Shown: positions 49,915 to 59,426 of the stretch, piece by piece
Layout of the letters: the number at the start of each line of letters is the position of its first letter
Position numbering within the stretch: the first letter of the stretch is position 1
Virus record (IMG/VR): IMGVR_UViG_3300029615_000411
Coordinates: 55,874-119,873 of that record
Direction: 5' to 3' (one strand)
Origin: a virus
Lineage: Duplodnaviria; Heunggongvirae; Uroviricota; Caudoviricetes
Length of the DNA stretch: 64,000 nucleotides
Translations under genes and position numbers: made by a program
The notes under the pieces: model-generated
Told to the model about the DNA's origin: nothing
The model's database searches: none
What the model saw: only the letters and a program-made list of their open reading frames with translations

Positions 49915-50304
49915 TTAAACTTCTGTTTGGTTCGTCTCGCAAAGGGGCTCCGGCGGCAGACATATAATATACCCGCAAGCAAAAACAGCCGAAATGCACA
50001 CTAACTTCAGGATATCGACTATGATACTTTCGTCAGAATACATCCTTTCGCTCTGCGTTATCCGCATAAGGAATACTTCCAGATAAACAATCGATAACCA
50101 GAAGAATGTGGCACAAAAGAGCTTGATTTTGCGTTTGGTTATAAAATGGATACCGTCTTTATCATTTCGTTTGATTGTTAATGGTTTTGTAGATACAACA
50201 CTACATTTTCCTTGTTTGAGTAAGATTCTGGCAGTGAAAGCCAAGCACGGGAAAAGGTGTTTTCCATCCTTTCCCACTACTCGGACCAAAAACTTGGCTT
50301 TCAT
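49915..50304 (-). CDS. PLMP/RRXRR-like domain fused to two TM helices
   Basis: VVGKDGKHLFPC...ARILLKQGK..VV..KPLTI. Confidence 0.65.
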   Translation of the reverse strand: MKAKFLVRVVGKDGKHLFPCLAFTARILLKQGKCSVVSTKPLTIKRNDKDGIHFITKRKIKLFCATFFWLSIVYLEVFLMRITQSERMYSDESIIVDILKLVCISAVFACGYIICLPPEPLCETNQTEV

Positions 50305-50309
50305 GACGA

Positions 50310-50993
50310 TTACCCGTTGATAGCTTTCAGCACATCATCAGCAAGGAACCCGGAGGAATCGTCAACGTCAGTGGCATCATTCACTCCGAACGATGCGGCA
50401 AACTCATCCTTTACCGGAGCGCTCTTCTCGGCCGTTTTCTTCTTCACCACAGGCGTGGGCGCGATGAGTTCATCGATTACGGAAGAGACATTGGACGCGT
50501 CAACGGGAGAAACTTCCTCTGCGGGGTTTGCGCCCAACGCAGGGAGATTATCCTCTTTAATGCTGGGAATGTATCCCGTCTTTACGGAACAGTCAATCTG
50601 TGCGCCCGTCTCCACCGCGATGGACTGGCAATGAATGTACTGTCCGCTCACGACACTGTCTTTTCGAACGATGACCTTATCTCCATCGACGGAGCCACCA
50701 ACAGTGCCATCGATGTCAACAACGCTGTCTGCGACAATACTGCCGTTCACGCTGCCCTTGCTCATATACACCATCTTGGCTTTGACATTGCCATCGACAT
50801 GAGCACCGTGCAGGACGAGCATACCGTCAATAACGACGTTACCCATGACAGTGCCGCGAATCTCGATGTTGCCACTGGACTCGAAATCGCCATTTAGTTT
50901 GGAATTCTCGCTGATAACATCCGAGACAGCATCTCGTGCATCAGCGGTTTCCTGAACAGTGCCGTTAAACATACTCTCAATATCCTGATTCAT
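50310..50993 (-). CDS. Bactofilin (polymer-forming cytoskeletal protein)
   Basis: VIS....LNGD..S.G.IEI.G.V.GNV beta-solenoid repeats; IAVETGAQIDC. Confidence 0.85.
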   Translation of the reverse strand: MNQDIESMFNGTVQETADARDAVSDVISENSKLNGDFESSGNIEIRGTVMGNVVIDGMLVLHGAHVDGNVKAKMVYMSKGSVNGSIVADSVVDIDGTVGGSVDGDKVIVRKDSVVSGQYIHCQSIAVETGAQIDCSVKTGYIPSIKEDNLPALGANPAEEVSPVDASNVSSVIDELIAPTPVVKKKTAEKSAPVKDEFAASFGVNDATDVDDSSGFLADDVLKAING

Positions 50994-51019
50994 ACAAAAT
51001 CTCCTTAACTATGTGTGTT

Positions 51020-51532
51020 TTAATTATTATACTCTTCGCTCGAAAGCTCTTCCATACCGTTTTGCCGCAGCTTTTCGTACTCAACAGGACTGATTTCCTG
51101 AATGTCGTAAGCATCAAGCCCGGTGTTTTCTTTATAGGTATTGAACAGTTCCGAACGAATCGTTTCCTTTATCTGACGATTAACCAGCAATGGATTTTTG
51201 CCCAAGTTTACAGAAAACAGAGCATCCGTTCTAAAGTCGATTTGCATATCCTTTACGCTTAGAGCAACAACCCTGTAATAAAGATTGTGCCAGCTATGGA
51301 TTTCGCCGCCCTCGACAATTTTCATATCCAGATTTTGTTCGGGGACAAAATCGATGCTTTCCAGCGTGTAATCGTCTCCCCATTTTTGCAGCAGCTCGTC
51401 CTTCAATGATTCAAGAAGCTGCTCCGCTTTTTCATCGGTCATCGCTTCCGGGTGATGGATGGTAATCGCCATATTCTGTTTTACACGATTTCCATCCTTA
51501 TCAAGAAGCCATGCCTGCACGTATAATTGCAT
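51020..51532 (-). CDS. Hypothetical protein
   Basis: GGAGG RBS. Confidence 0.7.
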   Translation of the reverse strand: MQLYVQAWLLDKDGNRVKQNMAITIHHPEAMTDEKAEQLLESLKDELLQKWGDDYTLESIDFVPEQNLDMKIVEGGEIHSWHNLYYRVVALSVKDMQIDFRTDALFSVNLGKNPLLVNRQIKETIRSELFNTYKENTGLDAYDIQEISPVEYEKLRQNGMEELSSEEYNN

Positions 51533-51630
51533 TTCATTCCTCCCTCATTCGTATATTCTTATTATACCACAAATAAAGTAAATAGTCAAACAAAAAGGCC
51601 CACAGCACAAAGCTGTGGGCCAATTTATTT

Positions 51631-53577
51631 TTAGACCAGTTTGCGAATTACTTCGCGAACCTTATTGATGCCTTCTTCGTCTGCTGTTGCAGAAGGAATG
51701 ATGGTCATCTCTGCAGATTCCATATAGCTGCCTGTAATCATGTAGCTGCTAATCCAATCCGCCAACGTACGCAGGTCGACTGAACCATCCGTCAGATACA
51801 AGGTCTTCAGGGTGTTCAGTACAGCATGGTATGCTTTCAGAATCTGAGGAACCCTGACGCTCTTCGGGCAGCCAGTCATAGAACGCAAACGCTCTGCGAG
51901 AATGGTATCCTCGGGCGCATGGATGTCCATTTTAATCTGGAAACGAGACAAAACGGACTGGTTCATATCCCGGCAACCCTCATAGGAGATGTTTGTAGTA
52001 GCAATGATAACGGCATCGGGATGGCGGCGAATCGTTTCGCCGGTAGGAAGGTTAACGGCGCTGGTAGAATCCAGCAAACCATTCAAACCAACAAGAACAC
52101 CGGGCTTCGCAATGACGGTGGGTTCCTGAATCTCGCAGACCCAACCATTCCGAATGGCTTGAATCAGAGGAGACTCAACATAGTGGAACCCATTCGCGCC
52201 GGAATCCGCACCGCCTGCCGTTGCACGCTGAATAATTGCAGCAAGGCAATCGGCTTCTGTCGCATCGCGTTTTTTCTTGCCAGTGATAGCCTTGTACGCC
52301 ATTTCGGGGTCATTGGAAATGTCCGTTGCGGTAGGCAGAGCGTTCAAGTCCAAATCGCCATAGGCATTCTGATACTCATCAATGCTCATAGGCGTCTCGT
52401 TCGGCTTATTGGGCATCATCTGGCCGAGCAGGTCATAGATTTCCGTATCGCTCGAACAGGTAACAAACACATAAGGCAAGCCGAGACCGAGAGCAATATC
52501 CTTTGCGGTTTCCGTTTTACCGGTACCGGCCTCACCGCGCAGTAGAATGTTGCGGATGGGACGAGGCGTCTTGGAACTCTTCTGGATATGTTTGCAAAGC
52601 GAATAGGCTTCTACGCCGGGAATGTGCGAATCAGGGATAATGAGCAGTGCCTTCTCCGTATCAGTCAAAACGCGCTTCTTATTGAGAAGGAACGCTTTTT
52701 CCAAGTCTGCGGCAGTTTTAGGCTTCTCAGACTCGGGTTCCGGCTCAGAAACAGCCATATCCTTGCCACGACTATCCTTGAAAGGAGAAATGTTGCCGAT
52801 AAAGGCGGTGGGGGCAGCTGCATCCGTGGCAACCAGAGTATCGTACAGACCGCCAACACTGTTGACAGTAGGATTGGGAATCACTCTGGACTCCAATTTG
52901 GAGTTTGCAACCTTATCTTTCGTGCTCATAAAGTAGGCAATATCTGCCAGCTTACATGCGCATTTTTTTGCTGCATCCACGTCATTTTTATTCACACTGG
53001 GCGTACTGGTCTTTGCAATAATTCTCTTGTAAAAAACAAGAAGTTTATTAAAGGTGTCGTGAAATTCCTTATCCTGCATGTAGTAACCCCACATACAGAA
53101 CAGGAAAGGCTCGCTGTAAACTTTAAGCGTTTTCTGGACATCAGCAAGACTCTTCGCATTCCCTTTCTCATCACCAAGAAAAAATTTATTCGAGGAGAAT
53201 TTGTAGAGAATGGAGAGCCGTGTTCCGAAACCGATTTTCTGAGAGTTGTATGTCGAGGAAACGGTATAAGCAGCAACACAGGTCTGATTGTCGATATCAG
53301 CGGTATTGTTGTAGCCGTAACCGTCACCACACATAGGCCATGTATGAACCTGCAAAGCACGGTTCAACGCTTTAGCAAAACCTGCGGTCATCATACCAGA
53401 GTTCGTGGGCATCTTATTATTGCCATTCGAGTAGTACAAGGAGCGGCGTGCAATCGCCGCAGTCTCGTCGTTGAAGGAACCGTAGTTCCCGGTGTATAAA
53501 TCGCGGTCATTCAGAAAATCCACAAGACCATTGATGGGCAAGGAAGTGTTTCTGTGAAAATGAAAAATGCAATCCAT
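51631..53577 (-). CDS. MoxR/CbbQ-type AAA+ ATPase
   Basis: NILLRGEAGTGKT, CEIQEP, LNGLLD, TTN..YEG.R.MN.SV.SRF. Confidence 0.88.
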   Translation of the reverse strand: MDCIFHFHRNTSLPINGLVDFLNDRDLYTGNYGSFNDETAAIARRSLYYSNGNNKMPTNSGMMTAGFAKALNRALQVHTWPMCGDGYGYNNTADIDNQTCVAAYTVSSTYNSQKIGFGTRLSILYKFSSNKFFLGDEKGNAKSLADVQKTLKVYSEPFLFCMWGYYMQDKEFHDTFNKLLVFYKRIIAKTSTPSVNKNDVDAAKKCACKLADIAYFMSTKDKVANSKLESRVIPNPTVNSVGGLYDTLVATDAAAPTAFIGNISPFKDSRGKDMAVSEPEPESEKPKTAADLEKAFLLNKKRVLTDTEKALLIIPDSHIPGVEAYSLCKHIQKSSKTPRPIRNILLRGEAGTGKTETAKDIALGLGLPYVFVTCSSDTEIYDLLGQMMPNKPNETPMSIDEYQNAYGDLDLNALPTATDISNDPEMAYKAITGKKKRDATEADCLAAIIQRATAGGADSGANGFHYVESPLIQAIRNGWVCEIQEPTVIAKPGVLVGLNGLLDSTSAVNLPTGETIRRHPDAVIIATTNISYEGCRDMNQSVLSRFQIKMDIHAPEDTILAERLRSMTGCPKSVRVPQILKAYHAVLNTLKTLYLTDGSVDLRTLADWISSYMITGSYMESAEMTIIPSATADEEGINKVREVIRKLV

Positions 53578-53693
53578 GTTTTATTCCTTTCTGTAAGTAA
53601 AGGTTCCGTTAGAAACCAAGAGCGGGGGTAGAGGATTCTATTCCCCTATCCCCGCAGTATTTAATTTACCGTGTTATTTTGATTGTGCCTTAC

Positions 53694-54320
53694 TTAGAAC
53701 GGCAGGTCATCGCTGTCCTCCAACAGCTCCATATCGTCGTTCATAGACGGGGCCTGGAATGCAGGCTGAGGAGCGGCGGCAGTATGACTGGGAGCAGCGG
53801 ATGCGGCAGGTGCAGCACCGCCACCGACATTGTCGCGCAGCGCAATAGGAGTGTTCTCCTTCTTTGCCCAGCGAGAAATATCCAGCGTAGAAACATAGAC
53901 GGTCGGGTTGCGATACGTTTTACCGTCGCGACCGGTGGTTTCACGAATCTCAGACAGACCAGTCAGGGTGAGTTCGGTGCCGGAACGCAGCATACCCTTG
54001 CGAAGCATGTTCGCGTAACGAGTAGCGGCGCTGCCGGAAATCATCAGCGTGTAGAACAGGCCAGCGCCGTCTTCCTTGTCAGACAGACCGGCGTAATGAG
54101 CTGCCTTATCGGCATAGTCCGCCACCACAGGAATGGTGACAAACTCCTTGCCGCTCTTGTTCATCCCAATATAGGCCGTACCCTTCGGGTTCAGGCGTGC
54201 AATGGCACAAACAAAGCGAGAGTTGGGGTTCTTGCTCAGTCGGTCAGACAAATACTGAAGGCCCTTGCTGTCAATAGAAGACATGGGCATGTTGAAACGG
54301 GTATTATTAGTGTTATCCAT
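53694..54320 (-). CDS. Single-stranded DNA-binding protein-like
   Basis: OB-fold-like core, Pro/Ala linker, acidic tail DSDDLPF. Confidence 0.75.
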   Translation of the reverse strand: MDNTNNTRFNMPMSSIDSKGLQYLSDRLSKNPNSRFVCAIARLNPKGTAYIGMNKSGKEFVTIPVVADYADKAAHYAGLSDKEDGAGLFYTLMISGSAATRYANMLRKGMLRSGTELTLTGLSEIRETTGRDGKTYRNPTVYVSTLDISRWAKKENTPIALRDNVGGGAAPAASAAPSHTAAAPQPAFQAPSMNDDMELLEDSDDLPF

Positions 54321-54366
54321 AACGTACTCCTTTTTTAAATAAAGAATGTTTCTTGTACGATTAAGA

Positions 54367-54459
54367 GAAAAAGCCACTCCTTTAATGTTAATAAAAGAGT
54401 GACCACGCTTTTTATTTATCGTACTACTAATATAGTATTAACTTTGCAGCAACTTGCAA
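54367..54459 (-). promoter_or_regulatory. Class I promoter-leader-terminator cassette
   Basis: TTGCAA-GTTGCTGCAAAGTTAA-TACTAT; hairpin CACTC/GAGTG plus T-tract. Confidence 0.7.
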
Positions 54460-54500
54460 TACCTTTGTAGCCACTACAGCTATTTTAATTGGGCATTTGC

Positions 54501-54668
54501 ATTTCAATCTAACGCAACCCGTGTAGGTTGCAACGGTCTGTATGTGGTAGATATGTGGTAATCAATTTCAATCTAACGCAACCCATGTGGGTTGCAACTA
54601 CCGGAGGAAAGCGAAGCGACTGAGGATATGCCGCATTTCAATCTAACGCAACCCATGTGGGTTGCAAC
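54501..54668 (-). CRISPR. Mini CRISPR array 1 (3 repeats, 2 spacers), type I-C-like repeat
   Basis: 34-nt repeat GTTGCAACCCACATGGGTTGCGTTAGATTGAAAT at 54501, 54565, 54635; spacers 30 and 36 nt; leader 54669-54841. Confidence 0.9.
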
Positions 54669-54847
54669 AGCAAACTTGTACAAACGAAACAACAATTTGT
54701 CGTGCATTTTGCACAATGTTTGTCTGCTTTTTGACCAAACAATATGGTCAGATACTACTTACTGCAATGGAATCATATCCTTTCTTTATAATATTTGGTG
54801 CGAAGCAATCGGCAAAACTATGCTCACTTATCATTCGCACCTGTAGC

Positions 54848-54958
54848 AAACAAAAATACCGTCACCTCATAATGAGATGGCGGTATGTTGATTTTGAATA
54901 TTTGTTTGCTTTTATTTTTGGAATGTATTCAGTATACCTACTTTGCAGCAAATTGCAA
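54848..54958 (-). promoter_or_regulatory. Class I promoter-leader-terminator cassette upstream of CRISPR leader
   Basis: TTGCAA-N16-TATACT; hairpin ATACCGCCATCTC/GAGGTGACGGTAT plus TTTTGT. Confidence 0.8.
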
Positions 54959-55036
54959 GAGAACGCCCCACAAGGGCTTATAATTTCGTTTTTTCTGGGG
55001 ATACTATATCCATCTTAACTTGAGGAGTGGTTTTTT

Positions 55037-55393
55037 ATGGCTGATTTCCCTTATTTGACAAAAACGGAGAAGATTGTCATGCGTATTTTTTGGCATACCG
55101 ATAAGCCATTGACTCAATTGGATGTAATGGAAATCGCCAGACAGCGCGGTGAAATGAAATGGAACCCGCATTATATCTTCCTTGTTTTGGACTCGTTGGA
55201 GAAAAAGGGTGTTTTAATTGAATCCGGACACACCCGTGTCGGGAAAGCGTATGCGCGATTGTTTGAACCAGTCATAAGCCATGTTGAATATGTCGTCCTT
55301 TATGTTTTCGAAGTGCTCCACGACAATGAAATTGAGGAATTCCTTGCCGCATTTACTGCCAAAAAAGAGGAAAAAGAAAAGAGCCTGCATTAA
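55037..55393 (+). CDS. BlaI/MecI/CopY-family transcriptional regulator
   Basis: LTKTE..VM..FW....PLT...W....I..VL.SL.KKG wHTH pattern. Confidence 0.85.
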   Translation: MADFPYLTKTEKIVMRIFWHTDKPLTQLDVMEIARQRGEMKWNPHYIFLVLDSLEKKGVLIESGHTRVGKAYARLFEPVISHVEYVVLYVFEVLHDNEIEEFLAAFTAKKEEKEKSLH

Positions 55394-55402
55394 GCAGACT
55401 CT

Positions 55403-55573
55403 TTTTTGATTTAACGCAACCCATGCGGGCTGCAACCGCCAAAGTTTTACGCTGATTCGCTCACTGCACAATTTCAATCTAACACAACCCATAAGGGTTG
55501 CAACGGTTCATCTACGATGGCACACGCTGGGCCCCCGATATTTCAATCTAACACAACCCATGAGGGTTGCAAT
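55403..55573 (-). CRISPR. Mini CRISPR array 2 (3 repeats, 2 spacers)
   Basis: Repeats at 55403 (degenerate), 55471, 55540; spacers 34 and 35 nt; leader 55574-55725 homologous to leader 1. Confidence 0.88.
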
Positions 55574-55729
55574 AGCAAACTTGCACAAACAAAGCAACAA
55601 GTTGTTATGCATTTTGTACAATGCTTGTCTGTTTTTTGACTATGCACAATAGTCAAATATCATTTACTATAGCTATATCATATCCTTTCTTTATAATACT
55701 TGGTGCGAAGCGACCAGCAAATTGCAATG

Positions 55730-56182
55730 TTAGTTTCCAAAAAAGCCAAAAACAATCCCGTTTACGAAGTCAACCAGAGGTTTATTGCTAATCACTCCGA
55801 GCAGCATCAGCGCAAATACGATTGCACCTGCGATTAAAACAATACGAAGGATTATAAATATAGGAAGACAGATTCGCCAATAGTATCCGCGTATCAGCCA
55901 CAACCCACCATAGTTGCTTTTCAATCTATTGCAACGTTGACATGAGGGCACAAGGTTCTTTATGGAGTTGACTCCCTCTTTGGGTAATAGTCTTCTTGCA
56001 AGCCAATTCTTCTTCGCCATATCAACAGATATGATATGGTCTACTTGCATTTTGTCTGTATGGATTCGCCGCCCACAATATACGCAATGATAATAGTTTC
56101 CGGGTTCGGGCGGCCAGTGTCTTATGAATTCTGTTCTGTAGTTTGTTGAACGAGTATATTTATCAGGAACGCGCAAAAACAT
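55730..56182 (-). CDS. HNH endonuclease with C-terminal TM segment
   Basis: CVYCG...VDHII...NLVPSCQRCNRLK, then long hydrophobic stretch. Confidence 0.85.
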   Translation of the reverse strand: MFLRVPDKYTRSTNYRTEFIRHWPPEPGNYYHCVYCGRRIHTDKMQVDHIISVDMAKKNWLARRLLPKEGVNSIKNLVPSCQRCNRLKSNYGGLWLIRGYYWRICLPIFIILRIVLIAGAIVFALMLLGVISNKPLVDFVNGIVFGFFGN

Positions 56183-56984
56183 CTTGCATCCAGTGATAGT
56201 GCTTATTCTTTGTTTCAAAAACAAAAGAAGATAGAAAGGTGTACTGTTTCAAAACCTCAGATGACTGAATGCCATACTGTTCCCCGATATCATAAACCAC
56301 AACGGTTTTCTTGTCGTGCAATCCGCGTTTCCGCTCATCTTCCTCCTGATTTGCCAGAGTAATAAGATGACGGATGGGAACGAGAAGCCCGGTCCCATGA
56401 TAGATGACATTCTTATTCTGTCCGTCTTTCCCGCCATAATTATCATTTGATGCCATGTAATCATAGGGGTAATCTTCCGTACACAGAATCTCGCGGCCCT
56501 GACTATCAACGCAGCGCCTTGCTGCCTCTCCCATATGATAATTATGGAGCCACTCGATAAAATCAAGGCGATTGATACGGAAGATTTGATTGGTAGCCGG
56601 ATAATAATAGAAGATGAATTTTGCCTTAGAGCCGTACAGCCAGCCAATCTTGGTCGATGCACTTTTCACATGATAACCCTGCTTAACAAGCGTTACGACT
56701 TCCGTCTCAACATAAACGTTCCCCGAATCATTGAGGTCAGTCTTAACCTCAATAAGCCAAGACGACTGTTTAGCGGCAGGAATAGGATTCCCTTCACTGT
56801 TTTTTACTTGCCGAACACGGAAATCGACATCTTTGTCTTGGAATACCGCATCATCTCTCAGGTCATCAATTTCGCACTGCGGGGAATTTCCATAAATTTT
56901 CAAAAATAGATTTTCCCCGATTTTCCCGACCATCATCTGACTCTTCATATCAAAATGGTCATCATTATTGAACTCATAAGCCAT
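56163..56984 (-). CDS. PD-(D/E)xK-like nuclease
   Basis: G.IGE...Q.KDVDF...IEVKTD...GNVYVE...GWL. Confidence 0.7.
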   Translation of the reverse strand: MAYEFNNDDHFDMKSQMMVGKIGENLFLKIYGNSPQCEIDDLRDDAVFQDKDVDFRVRQVKNSEGNPIPAAKQSSWLIEVKTDLNDSGNVYVETEVVTLVKQGYHVKSASTKIGWLYGSKAKFIFYYYPATNQIFRINRLDFIEWLHNYHMGEAARRCVDSQGREILCTEDYPYDYMASNDNYGGKDGQNKNVIYHGTGLLVPIRHLITLANQEEDERKRGLHDKKTVVVYDIGEQYGIQSSEVLKQYTFLSSFVFETKNKHYHWMQDVFARS

Positions 56985-57011
56985 GGGAATCACATCCTTT
57001 CCAATGTATCT

Positions 57012-57887
57012 TTACGCAGCCCAGTTCTCACCGGTTGCATAGTTAATTTCTACTCCCGGCTGCATATTGTAGCAGTATACGCAATACTCAATGCTTTCGC
57101 CGGAATCTTCTACGGAATACCCTTCCATGAGTACACCGCTTGCCACAAGGTTATCTCCCTCATAGATTGGAGTAACACGATATAATACATGTCCATCGGA
57201 CTCGTGAACATAGTCTGCAACCATATTCTCAAACGGGAGCATTCCCTCGATATTCAGGTACCTTGTTCCAGTGATGAGATTGCATTTGTTGGCATTTTCG
57301 GCGCTCAACTGAAATCCGATGAGGTGACATCTATTGTAGACCCACCCACCATCCACGAAATCGTATTTCTGATTTTTCCACCCGCTTGGTTTTACTTCAC
57401 TGATACTTTCTCTCCTCTCGGTCGGCATGGTTTCCTGACAGACAACGGCATAGGTAAGCCCGCAGCGACCAAGAGAATCGAGGTCTGAGTAATACTCGAA
57501 AGGTTCGGTAGAATAATCTTCGTCGGTGAAGTAAGGTGCATTATCATTGACCGCAACATACGCATCGCCGGAATATGCCGGGATATCCGAAACAGAGATA
57601 AACTCGGAAGGGTTTGTCTTTATTGCATGAAGACTATCCCCGACGCTTTCGCTGTTGTTGGTTTGCGAGGTACCCGTATTGCTGGTTTCAAAGTTATTTC
57701 TGTCTGGTTCCGTTTCGGTCATACTGGCGCTGGATGAAACGGTATTGAAAATTTCCTGTACAACATCGGAAATATCAGTGTCCGGGCCCATCGAACTCTG
57801 TACGAGCCACAAAAACAGGATGATGGAAACAATCGGCATAAGCGCCCTGCCGAGTTTACCGGAAAACATTTTTCTTAAAAATCGCAT
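57012..57887 (-). CDS. Membrane-anchored DNA/RNA non-specific endonuclease
   Basis: LDSLGRC, YNRCHLIG, NLITGTRYLN, YRVTP, YN.QPG motifs. Confidence 0.9.
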   Translation of the reverse strand: MRFLRKMFSGKLGRALMPIVSIILFLWLVQSSMGPDTDISDVVQEIFNTVSSSASMTETEPDRNNFETSNTGTSQTNNSESVGDSLHAIKTNPSEFISVSDIPAYSGDAYVAVNDNAPYFTDEDYSTEPFEYYSDLDSLGRCGLTYAVVCQETMPTERRESISEVKPSGWKNQKYDFVDGGWVYNRCHLIGFQLSAENANKCNLITGTRYLNIEGMLPFENMVADYVHESDGHVLYRVTPIYEGDNLVASGVLMEGYSVEDSGESIEYCVYCYNMQPGVEINYATGENWAA

Positions 57888-58279
57888 TGGGATTCTCCTT
57901 CGTTTGGGGTGTTTGTTTCGGTTACTTTCATTGTACCTACTTTGCAGCAAGGGTCACGGTACAGTTCAAAAATTGATGGAACTTTTATGATGGGAGATTC
58001 CCATGTCCCGGCATTTTCCTTTAATAGATGATACAGAAGGTTATGCGAAGCAGTCTTGTTTTGTCCTTTTACAATCATCGAAATCAAAAGATTTCCATAT
58101 TGTTCGTTGTTTGAATAGTCGCAATCCTTCTTCTCTTTAATGCCCACAGATGTATTACGGATAAATACATATATGGGATTGTTTTTATAATAAATGACAC
58201 CCACGTCTTTTTGCTTATCTTTGGATGGGCGCACCTTAACGCTGAAATCCTCTTTATCCAGCGACAGCAATTTAATCAC
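57875..58279 (-). CDS. Hypothetical protein
   Basis: ORF downstream of class II promoter. Confidence 0.55.
   Translation of the reverse strand: MIKLLSLDKEDFSVKVRPSKDKQKDVGVIYYKNNPIYVFIRNTSVGIKEKKDCDYSNNEQYGNLLISMIVKGQNKTASHNLLYHLLKENAGTWESPIIKVPSIFELYRDPCCKVGTMKVTETNTPNEGESQCDF
57929..57956 (-). promoter_or_regulatory. Class I promoter (no leader terminator)
   Basis: TTGCTGCAAAGTAGG-TACAAT upstream of nuclease gene. Confidence 0.6.
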
Positions 58280-58380
58280 CTCCCATACGACATATTTATA
58301 TTATACCACAAATAGCAATAACGGTCAATCGAAAAGGCGACAAAAAAAGCGGCCCACAAACGTGAGCCGCAGAAATTATT

Positions 58381-59409
58381 TTAACACGGAATCAAAAATT
58401 TAACTCTGAAAGAACCGTTCTTAACAGAACGTGAATACCTCTTTTCGTTCAATGCAGCGCACACTTTTTGTGCGGATGACTTATCTGCATATCGCTTTGC
58501 GCCTTCCTCATCCAGCGCAACGAAAAGGCGGGAGCGAGTATTTTTCGCAACAAACTTCTCTGTGCCATCAACATCCTCGAAAGCAATAATCGCATCGAAT
58601 GGTTTACTTTGAACCTTTGTAGATACGAGCCTTGTTTTTTTTAAAGATGGGAAAACCATCGAGAAATCGTTCTGAATCGCTGCTGCTTCCTCAAACGTGA
58701 ATTCCTTCGCATCTTTTACATCAGATGTCATACAAACACGATTAGGAATATTCTTTCCTGCTTCGTTTTTATACTCTATATTTTCTACGTACCGCTTTCC
58801 TTCCTTAATCAGGACTTTTTCATGGCCGCGAGGCTTTCTGCTTGGCATCCGAATATCCTCAGACATAAAATTGATTTCAAAGAAAACATCAGTCTTATTG
58901 TTTTTGTTCAACTCTTTCTCTTTGGATTTCGCACTTTTAGCCCACGCAAGAAACGACTTTGTGTCACGAACTATGACTTCACATTCCGATGCAGATGTCA
59001 AACGCATATCTTCTGTATTTTTATAGTACAGAACACGACAGGAAAATCCGGTTCGATGATTCGCTTTTAGCAAATCCTCGATGGTAACAGCAGAAGCCAT
59101 GCCGGAATCCAACCAGCGCCGAATATCCTTGCCATATACCCACCGACTACCATTTTTCCACATCTCGCAATCGGCACGATTCGGCTGCATCATGTGTGCG
59201 AACTTATCATAAAGTCCTTCTTTGTTAAGCGCCAATGCATTGAGCATCAGGGTCCAATCCCGACAACGACGCTCGCTGTAGTGATTGCCAGCCCAGTGTC
59301 GTTGTGTTACATTGTTGGGGCCTATAAGACACACGGGAGTATATAAATCAACTCCCATCTCGTCCGTTGCTTTTAAAAATACCTTCTTATACATGATTTC
59401 ATATCCCAT
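58381..59409 (-). CDS. Hypothetical protein
   Basis: GGAGG RBS, 342 aa. Confidence 0.75.
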   Translation of the reverse strand: MGYEIMYKKVFLKATDEMGVDLYTPVCLIGPNNVTQRHWAGNHYSERRCRDWTLMLNALALNKEGLYDKFAHMMQPNRADCEMWKNGSRWVYGKDIRRWLDSGMASAVTIEDLLKANHRTGFSCRVLYYKNTEDMRLTSASECEVIVRDTKSFLAWAKSAKSKEKELNKNNKTDVFFEINFMSEDIRMPSRKPRGHEKVLIKEGKRYVENIEYKNEAGKNIPNRVCMTSDVKDAKEFTFEEAAAIQNDFSMVFPSLKKTRLVSTKVQSKPFDAIIAFEDVDGTEKFVAKNTRSRLFVALDEEGAKRYADKSSAQKVCAALNEKRYSRSVKNGSFRVKFLIPC

Positions 59410-59426
59410 GAAAGTTTACCTCCTAA

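Noticed and set aside
49915..50304. Intact IscB/IsrB OMEGA system
   Set aside because: No RuvC or HNH domain follows and there is no room for an omega RNA upstream; the bactofilin gene abuts it.
54535..54564. Spacer contains TATGTGGTA twice, resembling the class II promoter extended -10
   Set aside because: Only a 9-nt match, with seed mismatches and no TTC PAM; likely chance.
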